From Octopus bimaculoides (taxonomy: Eukaryota), in the NCBI RefSeq assembly GCF_001194135.2, contig NC_068994.1, forward strand, positions 57,895,651-57,959,198: DNA of 63,548 nucleotides. Reading direction: 5' to 3'. Below are positions 1 to 21,577 of this stretch, one piece after another (within the stretch, counting starts at the first letter, position 1; each line of letters opens with the position of its first letter). The notes under the pieces are model-generated. The model had not been told where the DNA came from. It saw nothing but the letters and a program-made list of their open reading frames with translations, and made no database searches. Both the position numbers and the translations under genes were made by a program.

Positions 1-253
1 AAGTGAAAGTATTTGACATGAGCGTTTTTGTTTCACTTTTGACACGTAATACTTAAATAGTGGAGGAGATATTATGTTGCCGTGTGCTCGAACTCTGCAA
101 GAAGTTAATAATTTTTTTTGACTAAAACACAACTGGAACCCTAAGTAAGGCATGTGTAAAATTTGAATGAAATTGGTTGCGTAGTTCTCGAGTTTTAGGG
201 ATTCACACAGACAGACAGACAGACAGACAGACACACATTCTCATTTTTATATA

Positions 254-289
<36 letters not shown>

Positions 290-725
290 TATATAAATCG
301 TTTGTAGAAAACATAAATCTGGAGAAGAAGCACACTCATATACACTCATTTCAGTGTATATATTTCTGCCAAGTCATTAAGCTCTGACTTCAAATTCTGT
401 CAAAGTCGATTTTGCTATTAATCTTTCCAGCATCAGTAAAATAAGTACCAGTTAAACACTGGAGTCGATCTCTCCCCAATTGCTGGCCTTGTGCCAAAAT
501 TAGAAAGAGTTATTACTATTTTCATCAATGTTACTATGTGTTGGTTTTCAACATTGAAGGAAACATGTAACATCTGTCACAGAGAGCAGAGGATTCAAAA
601 GTTAGTCTTTAGTCTTTAGTCTATGAAGAAACACATTTATACTATTTCTGGAATAGTCTTATACATTTTTTTTTCTTTGTAAAATATATAAATATAACAA
701 TAAAGTAATTGGAAAGTCTACATAC

Positions 726-810
726 ATATTGATTGGTGCCTGGTCCATCTGTTTCTGCTAAAATTTTTCCATTGGCATCGAGTAATATGGCCTTTGATTG
801 TGTTGCACCG
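726..810 (-). CDS. NAGK: NAGK coding exon 2
   Basis: ttcag| acceptor, |gtatgt donor, 85 nt. Confidence 0.85.
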
Positions 811-3411
811 CTGAAGAATAGAACAAAGGAAACATAACCGAAACCAGATTCTATATTTATTCATGAAGCAGAACAAATCGAAGGATTTACAAACCTTTGG
901 CAGCTGCAGTTATGGAAGTTATTGTCTGTAAAGTTATCTATCTATTTGGATAATAACTTTCGATGACAACACACCATGGTTGATACAGTTCCATATTCTA
1001 TCCTGGAAACTTTGGTCAGTTTTCTGTCTTTAAAACGGTCATCGGAGAACTACACATCGTGTGGCATTTTCCTTCTTTGACAGCCTCTTCTGTTTCCATA
1101 AGAACCAACTTCATTTTAAGAGATGTCCATAGAACACTTGCAACTCATCTACCTTAGCCTTTGGTTCCTATTCATAACAAGACGAGCAGCCTTGGAAGAA
1201 ATGGTTCACTGACAAGTTCTGATACTTATGGATTTTTTGTTCCATTCAGCTACGGAAACAGTGACCCTCCCATTTATTGCAGCATCCAGGATGTGGGAAG
1301 GAGCAAAGGAGTCGCTGACAATTCTACATTAAATTCTGATATAATTGAAATTTATGCCATAGAGATTAGTAGGGGTTTGCTCCCCCTGCTAATGATGTAT
1401 GGTGTATAAGGGTTGCAGAGTATTACACCGATAACTAGCTGGCGGAGAATCTGCCTGGGGTTAAACTAGTAGAAACATTCAACAGCCACTTTGATGTGGA
1501 GACTGGCTTTACTGTTTAGTATAACGTTACAACTCTGATCTTTTCTTGGGATTTTATAACTAGTTGTTTCGCTTATTTATACGAAATTTCATTAAAAAAT
1601 TTTTAAATACCCAGTTTTCTGAAAGTTAGGAAACAAAATCGGTGGGGGTGAGGCACTTGTGTAGGTATGTATACCAAAATCGGCGGCGGTAAAGATCATG
1701 GACCGCACCCCCTTTGGGATTTTTTGGGGGGGGAGGGGTGTTATTTTTACATGAACACACTATATCGAGGGCGGAGATTCCGAATCTGCAAAAAAAAATT
1801 TACATTTCAAAATTTAAATCCCCCCCTCTCCCTTCATCTCCCCCATCTAAATTTCTTAAATTTTCACTTTAAAAAGAAAAAAAATTGGGGGGGGGGCGAA
1901 ATACGGAGATTATGATTCTGAAAAGAAAATTTCTGTAAAATTTCAATTTTTCAAAAACCAAAAAATAAAATTAATGAACCCCGTCCCCTCCGCCCTATGA
2001 CAAGAAGTGTCCGCCCTCGATATAGCGTGTTCCTGTAAAAAAACAGAAAAGAAAAGAAAATTGCAAAGGGGGTGCAGTCAATGATCTTTACCTTCGCCAC
2101 CAAAATTTATAAGATTTGCAATTTAAAAAAATAAAATCGGATGTTACAATCTTTTTGACATTTATTGTTCTTAACGGATATTAAGTAAATCTTCAGTTTC
2201 CGTAAAATCAACCGAGGTCGACATTATCACTCCAGGAGTCGATTTAATTAACTATTACCCGCTCACAAGGCCTTGGTAACAAACAATTAAAAACCTTGGT
2301 CAGGTCAAAGGTCACGAAAAGTAAATACTTGTTTGACATGATTAAAAACGGTGTCAGGTGAAACATCTCAACCTTAAATATTCCTCCCCGAGCCCGGATA
2401 ACGACAACCCTCGGGATAAGAGAATCGCTTTTAGGAACTATTTGAATAGATACGACGTGCTACATTCGCCCAATTTACAAATAAATCATCATTTTATATA
2501 AATGACTTCTAAGATTAACTAGATTGAGTTATATATTTTAGACATAAACAGCATTCGTGGATTCCACACATTTCATGTGAATAATACTTCGTGAACAAAC
2601 GAAGAAGCCTGTAATTAATAAAACTTAATTGATATGAATTGCATGCTTTAAAGTATATTTTAGAAACAAAAAAAGATTTAGGATTTTTGGAGATTTTCGT
2701 GGATCCTGTGTGTCGTTCGTTTCGTGTTCCGCCCATTTTATGCAGGAGTTCTTTCTTTACAGGCAAATTCGACAATTTTACTAAATTTCTTTTCTATTTA
2801 TTTGAGACAAACTTCAGAAGACTTGAAAGCAAAAGATAACGAATTGAGATTTTTTTCTAGTTTCACTCAAATTTTTTTTTTAATCATTTCAATCTAAACA
2901 AAGATATTTCTATATAATAACCGATATTTCTGTCCTTAATGAATGTTAACAGAATTAATGACGATTTAATTTAAATAATTAAAGCGCGAGCACCTCGTGT
3001 AAGCGAATAAGTAACGGGTTCAATTCCCACCAGGGTAACTTTATAATTCATCCATCGTGGGTCTACACAATTAAATACTAAGACAAGTGTTGGAGTCGAT
3101 GCTATCGCTTAATCTTTTCCTTCAAAACTGCTGGCCTCGTGTTTTAATTAAAAACAATTGTGTTATATTTTAAAGTCGAATAGATAAGTAAAATGAACCT
3201 GTTTCACGTTTTAATGGTTAGTTTGTGAAGGTTTTCCTATAGAGACCAGAAACATGAATGCAAAGATTCTTCTCTTTCAAGTTGATGGATCCGCCGCAAC
3301 ACAAGCAATATTTTCCCCAAAGCAACAACAATAAACATCAATATTACAAGAAAGAAAGAAAGAATAAGTAACTTACCCCTCGATTCCAGCGAAATATACA
3401 TTTTCAGACAT
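726..3411 (-). CDS. NAGK: N-acetyl-D-glucosamine kinase, 5' part; join(3377-3411,726-810); gene continues off the left edge
   Basis: Spliced translation MSENVYFAGIEG|GATQSKAILLDANGKILAETDGPGTNQY resembles the NAGK N-terminus (GVEGGGT..LL...GKILAE.DG..TN). GT-AG sites present, phase 2 joins correctly. Confidence 0.85.
3377..3411 (-). CDS. NAGK: NAGK coding exon 1
   Basis: ATG at 3411, MSENVYFAGIE+GG|gtaagt. Confidence 0.8.
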
Positions 3412-4408
3412 GACTCTGGTAATACAAACTAAAGAGAGATATAACAATTGATCAAGGTTTGTTTAGCGAAGTCCACCCCGTTGAAATGATCTAAATTTAC
3501 AATGAGGTGGGGCGATGTGTCCTCGAGGCTAATGGTGAGAGGGAAGAGGCGGCGAAGCGATTTGCAAATAGAAACAAAATTTACGTCCGTGTTGACACGT
3601 ATAAGGATATAAAACATAGCAACACAACCTTTTGTTGCATGGTCGTGAAATTGTTTGCTAAATATTGATTGAAATGTTAGTATTATTTATTGATACTAAG
3701 TTATTGTGTGCTGCAATAATGTCATTGTAACCGTAACTGGCACTCCGTCGGTAACGGCGGTGACTCTTCCAGTTGATCCAGTCAGCGGAATCGCATGCTT
3801 TGTGAAATTAACACGCAAGTGGCTGACCACTCCACAGATACACGTACAGCGTACCCGTAATGATGTCAGGTTAGATTCAGCATGACACAGAATGTGACAA
3901 GGCTGGTCCCGTTTGAATTACTGGTACAACTCATTTTTCCAGTTGAGTGGACTCAAGCAATGTGAAATAAAGTGTCTTGCTCAAGGACACAACGTGACGT
4001 AGGAAATCAAAATCACGACCTTAGGATCATGAGTCAAAGACACTAACCACAGCAATGCACCTTCACTTAATGGTGTTAGTGCAGCTATGCTCACTGACAC
4101 CCAACGAAGGGCCATTTGACTAACTGGTGCACAATCACTGAACAGACACATTTCAGCCTCTGCCCAACAGCCATGTTCTCTCTTCTCTCTGTCTTTTCTA
4201 CTATAATGGCCTCTGCTCCTCAGAACTTGCTACTCTCATACCTCTACCCCACTGACATCCCCAAACTACTCATCACTTTTGCTACACCCAAACTCCATGG
4301 CCCCTGCACTAATCTAGTCCTCCCTCCCCAGAACATATTCCACACTGGAATCTCCTCCTCCCAGCTCATATCTTGCTTGTGACTTGCAGCAAGGATTCAA
4401 GACAAACA

Positions 4409-5113
4409 TTAACACATAAAGCACGATGGGCCACAATCATTGCTGTCAAGCAGGGGTCAACAGGCCATGATTGTGGCCCAGATAGATGTATAATGGGAGG
4501 CAAGGTTCTCAAACAGTTTTATTTACAATATACACAGGGGTGAAGTGCATTGCTCTCTGTAGCCATCTCATGCGGTGTGAGTTCGTTGTTCTTCATTACA
4601 CGGGCTCATTGCCTCAGGAGATACGACAAGCAGATTAGCCAAGATGCCCAGTCAGTGAAGTGTGCTCTGCAAACGCTCGCAGTGAAAAGAGAGCGAACCT
4701 TGTTGCTTGTTCCTTTCATTTAGTTTGCCATCGTGAGCCTCGTTGTGATCTCGTGCATGGCAAATGGATGCAGGTGAGGTCTCGCTCCAGTATCAGAGAT
4801 GGCAATGGCTGCCATGAGATCTCATCCAACATGGCGCTGACTGCTTGTACCGCTACAGATGCATTTAATCTATGAGCATTTGTTGGGGTCTAATGTCACT
4901 CAAATGCTCCGACCCCCCCCCNNNNNNNNNNCAAGAGGACTAATAGTTCAACTAATGACTTTTCAGATGATGTAAAACTTGCCACCATTATATACTAAGA
5001 AGATATTTTAACTATTTTTTGTTTTTTTATGTGTTCATGGTCATCTGATTTTCATAAAATGTGCTCAGCAGTCCATGCTATGTAAGTGCAAATCCCAGTG
5101 CTTTATGAATTAA
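4409..5113. mobile_element. piggyBac-type MITE, family 1, copy A
   Basis: TTAA at 4409-12 and 5110-13; imperfect TIR CACATAAAGCAC / GTGCTTTATGAA; homologous to 46227-46538. Confidence 0.75.
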
Positions 5114-6486
5114 ATAACATCAACTGCTCCAATCTTGGGGATCCTGCAAGGATCATACATTCTGCCCTTTCCCTCTGCACTCAGCGAGTAAAAAACAAAA
5201 ATATTTCCTCCCTCCCACTGCTACTCACCACTTGTATTGTTGTTGTTGTTATTGATTTGACTCGAGTTCATTCTTATTCCTGGTGGAATTTATACAAGCT
5301 TTCAATAGCCCTTTCAAGTGTTTCAGACCCTCCTGATAACTTTCCCTGTCCCTAAGAGGACATTCATTATTATCATCATCAAGGCATGTAAAAAGCACCA
5401 TCCGAATGTGGTCGATGCTAACCCCACCGCCCCAATTGGCTCCTGTACCGGTGGCACGTAAAAAGCACCATCTGAATGTGGCCGATAACAGTGCCACCTG
5501 ACTGGCTCCCGTGCCAGTGACACATAAAAAGCACCCTCTACTACACTCACAGAGTGGTTGGCATTAGTAAGGGCATCCAGCTGTAGAAACATTACCAGAT
5601 CAGATTGGTGCCTGGTGCGGCAGAATCGTCAGCACACTGGGCAAAATGCTTAACGGTATTTCGTCTTTCTTTATGTTCTGAGTTCAAATCCTGTCAAGAT
5701 CGACTTTGCATTTTATTCTTTCGGGGTCAATAAATCAAGCACCAGTAAAACACTGGGGTCGATGCAATCAACTAGTTGCCTCCCACCAAAATTTCAGGAT
5801 TATCATGTTAATTGCAAACAGGTGTGGCTTGGCTGACAGGAAAGGTATCTGGTCTAAGAAAACCTGCCTCAATGAATTTTATCTGACTCATGCAAGCATG
5901 GAAAAGTGGATGTTAAAACAATGCAGATGATGATGATGATGATGATGACTCGTCTCACAAAAAAAAAAAGGTGTTTTTTCTGATAAAAAATGTCAGGTGA
6001 GCACTGTATTTGAACTTTGGACATAAATGCACCAGTCTGAAAGTTTAAGTTGACAGCTTGATTACTTGGCTACATTGACATTCTAAATGCACAATTTCAT
6101 GGCATGGTTACATCCTCAGTTTATCTTTTAAACATTCTTTTTATTATTATTATTATTTTTTTTGTTTTGTTTTGTTTTTGCTATTGTTGTTTTGATTTTG
6201 AAGGTAGAAGGTAAAAAATTCAATACAACCGTCCTTCTCGGAGAGAGGGAGGGGGTGATCTGAGAGTGATTTCGTTGCTATTTCATGAAGGTCAAGCAAT
6301 TGTGTAGAGGCAGAATTTCTCGTTGGGTTGTGGTAGTGATGATGATGATGACAACGACAATGATGATGACGATGATCATGATGGTGAGGATGATGATAAT
6401 GATGGACACTTAGCTATATTGAAAAATACTGATTAGAATAAAAATAAATGAAGAGGTTTTAATTGAGTACAAGTTTATATAGAAGC

Positions 6487-6645
6487 GTAGGAGTGGCTGT
6501 GTGGTAAGTAGCTTGCTTACCAACCACATGGTTCCGGGTTCAGTCCCACTGCGTGGAACCTTGGGCAAGTGTCTTCTACTATAGCCTCGGGCCGACCAAA
6601 GCCTTGTGAGTGGATTTGGTAGATGGAAACTGAAAGAAGCCTGTC

Positions 6646-6676
<31 letters not shown>

Positions 6677-6914
6677 TATATATGTATGTGTGTGTTTATG
6701 CTTGTGCGTCTGTGTTTGTCCCCCTAGCATCGCTTGACAACCGATGGTGGTGTGTTTACATCCCCGTAACTTAGCGGTTCGGCAAAAAACACCGATAGAA
6801 TAAGTACTAGGCTTACAAAGAATAAGTCGTGGGGTCGATTTGCTCGACTAAAAGACAGTGCTCCAGCATGGCCGCAGTTAAATGACTGAAACAAGTAAAA
6901 GAGTTAAAAAGTAA
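6487..6914 (+). mobile_element. tRNA-head-type SINE, full length
   Basis: GGAGTGGCTGTGTGGTAAG...GGTTCAGTCCC head, central (TA/TG)n, GAAACAAGTAAAAG tail; close paralogue at 43685-44050. Confidence 0.8.
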
Positions 6915-7081
6915 AAGAGGTTTTAATTGAGAACAAGTTTATACAGAAGCATGTAATGGTGGTTGGGGGAGGGGATATAATTGAAGAAATGTTTGTCAAT
7001 AACAAAGAGATATTTGGAAATATTACATATAAACAAAAATAAAAATTGCCTAAATTGTTGATGGAATTTGTACCAAAACTT

Positions 7082-18257
<11,176 letters not shown>

Positions 18258-20161
18258 TCTGGCTAAGGAATAATCAACTTTAGAAGAAAAAGAAAATTAA
18301 AAATAAAACATTGAAGTTTTAGAAACATTTTTTTATGCTTTACAACTTTTTAAAAACAAACAAGATTCTTAAAGTTAAGAATTAATTCCTTTGATAGCAT
18401 TCTCAATAAAGTAACAAGTGGCAACAAGGCTGTCTTTTGGGCAATAGTATGCTATGAGTAACACCGTAGATATACTATAGAATATGAACTGTAGTCATGG
18501 CTGATGCCAGTGTCACATAACTTCAAATGTTGGGCAATATGCTGTGCTTGAGAAGACCTGTCAAGCCACGTGAAATCACAGTCTTGGCCGATGCCAGTGC
18601 TGTCTGACTGTCACCCATGCCTGTGGCACATAAAAAGCACCATTCAAGTGGTGGGCCTCACAGAGGCAGTGGCAGGTGACTTTGGCAATATACCGTGCTA
18701 GTGCGAAGGTCATTGCTGGGATTTATCTACAATAATTAAAAAAAAAAAAAGAGGTATGTAAGAGATAATTTATTTTAATACCAATACGTTCAGTTAGAAA
18801 ATGCTTTTTCTCACACACACACACACAGACTCGCTTGGCTGGGGTTGCTTATCTCCCTTGAATCGCACACCTTTCGTTTTTCACCTTAATAAAGGCTTCC
18901 ACGGTTTTTAAGTGCGTAGCGCCNNNNNNNNNNNNNNNNNNNNNNNNNNNNNNNNNNNNNNNNNNNNNNNNNNNNNNNNNNNNNNNNNNNNNNNNNNNNN
19001 NNNNNNNNNNNNNNNNNNNNNNNNNNNNNNNNNNNNNNNNNNNNNNNNNNNNNNNNNNNNNNNNNNNNNNNNNNNNNNNNNNNNNNNNNNNNNNNNNNNN
19101 NNNNNNNNNNNNNNNNNNNNNNNNNNNNNNNNNNNNNNNNNNNNNNNNNNNNNNNNNNNNNNNNNNNNNNNNNNNNNNNNNNNNNNNNNNNNNNNNNNNN
19201 NNNNNNNNNNNNNNNNNNNNNNNNNNNNNNNNNNNNNNNNNNNNNNNNNNNNNNNNNNNNNNNNNNNNNNNNNNNNATATCAATTTTAATGATAGTTGTG
19301 GGGAAAAGTTAGGTCGTGTGAATTTTCCGAAATTCCTTTCGCCAGCCTCTCGGAAAAAATTCTTTCCAGCAAATCCTTACATACTTTTAATCTACGGCAC
19401 CTCAGCTGTATTTCTTGAAGATATCGTTAAAAACTATCCATTCTTCTGGAGGTTATGAGGCAACAAAGTCGGAAGGGTACAGATCTATAGAAATGCCATA
19501 AATTCTTATACGAGATTAATAACAGCAGAACTTAGTCCAAGCCTATCTCAATTATTCTTTTCTACTCTAGGCACAAGGCTCGAAATTTTGCGGGAGGCGG
19601 GGGCCAGTCGATTAGATTGACCCCCCCCCCCTAGTACGCAACTGGTACTTAATTTATCGACCCCGAAAGGATGAAAGGTAAAGTCGACCTCGGCGGAATT
19701 TGAACCCTACCTCAATTATTGCCAAGCCAAAACAACAGGACACGACGAAAGTAAAGAATACGTACACCCGGGGTTTAGGGTTGGTTAACATCTAGATCCA
19801 CTAGATATTTAGGGTTTTTGTGTATCTAGACATTAACCTTAGGGTTTAGGGTTTTTGTTAGGCCGAAAACAGGGGTATACGTATTCGTTACTCCCGCCTT
19901 TGATTTACATATAAAGGGTCTGGCAGAAAGAGAACCTTGTAATTATTACACAAACATAATTGATTTGATTGGAATTAAATAGCTTCATCTGTTTTAATTG
20001 CAGTTCAGAGCAAAGAACCATAAACGAATTACGAATTAGGAAACGGTAAATTTTAATAAGATACTAAAGCTCAAATATGTTTCTGTTTTTAAGATTATAT
20101 GAATATTTAATTAAAAATAAAGGAACAAAATAATCGGAAACATCAAATTCGTGGTTCTTAC

Positions 20162-20260
20162 CTTATTTACACATAACAAAGTGGAAATTCTAAACAGCAG
20201 CGGTTTTAACCATTATTTGAAAGATCTTGAAACGAATAGACACCCGTTGGTAACACTTGG
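20162..20260 (-). other. SLU7: Putative non-coding first exon of SLU7 (upstream boundary approximate)
   Basis: Strong AAG|GTAAGA donor on the minus strand at 20162. The ATG at 18257 lies just inside an acceptor, so an upstream UTR exon is expected. Confidence 0.4.
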
Positions 20261-20460
20261 GTAATAAAATATTTGGTAAGGTATGGCTAGAAATATAAAT
20301 AAAACTGTTGAAGGGACACAGAACTTTTTGATCTTATAGGAATTAATATAGTTTCGTTAGATTTTGTAGGTAATTGGAGTTTGTTCGTTTGAGGTTTCTG
20401 TGTCAGCTGGTCCACAGATTTGAATTTGGTTTTTATCAAAGTTAAACACGTGTTTAGGAA

Positions 20461-21577
20461 ATGTCTCTTTCAATGTTAAGTCGATTCCCTCTTCGGAGAT
20501 TTAGATTAAATACTGGGAATATACACGAAAATTTGGGGAAATGTTTGAGTAATGTGAAGTTAAATGATATTCAGAGACGAACTCTAAAGTTTGATTATGA
20601 ACGAGGAATTACAGTTCCTTGTCCTTTGACGCGAAGAAGTATTTGTTTGGAAATACCAAAGATGATATTGTGCCGAAACTATAAGAAATATCTGAGGAGA
20701 AGAAAGAAACAACAACAAGCATTAAAAGAAGAAGAAAACGAAAAGGATGATGATCTTTTTGAAGGACTTTCTGTTGCCACTCGCATGATTTTGAATAAGG
20801 AAAACATTAGAAAGGAGCCAATGATGGAATCAACCGAAATCTCAAGGCCAAACATTGAGGGTCAGCTTGGACTTTCTAATGTCTTTTATGAAAGTGATGC
20901 AACACAAAAGCTACTTAAAGCTTATGAAGAATTAAATTTTACTGCAGACCAGACTGAAAGCTTTTTACATAAACTACGACTGAGTATAAAAACTTATGAA
21001 GATCCACAAAAGAAAAAACCTTTCTCAGTTGGGGAACCAGACCCTTCCATCGAGGCCAGTAACGTGAACTGTCCCGGGTGTGGAGCAACATTACACTGTC
21101 AGGATCAGAATCGCCCAGGGTATATAAGCAGTAAAAAATTTAAATCTTTAACTCTTGAAAGAATGGAGAAAACACTTTGCTTTCGGTGTTTGTTAATGAA
21201 ATATCACAAACATTGTTTAAACATGAAAATTCCTATCGAAGGTTATCCTCAAATCTTATCTAAAATCCACGACTCTCGTGCTATTGTGCTGTTCACCGTT
21301 GATCTGTCAGATATCAATAACAGTATGCTAAATCATATATTACCCATTATTGGTCGTAAAAGACCAGTTTATATCATTGGAAATAAGGTTGATCTCATCC
21401 CGATGGATTCTCCACTTTATCTAAAAAGGCTGAAGAAATATTTATTCACAGCTTGTTCCCAAGCTGGTTGGAATCCTTCCGGTTACAACATTAGACATAT
21501 AGAATTAGTTAGTGCAAAGACTGGTTATGGTATTGAAAATCTTATAGACAAACTGTTCGACGATCATGGAAAGAATG
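20461..21577 (+). CDS. NOA1: NOA1 exon 1
   Basis: Long ORF to G|gtgaga; zinc finger, G4, G5. Confidence 0.95.

Noticed and set aside
1161-1409. 82-aa ORF inside NAGK intron 1
   Set aside because: No recognisable motif or splice context; probably decayed repeat sequence.
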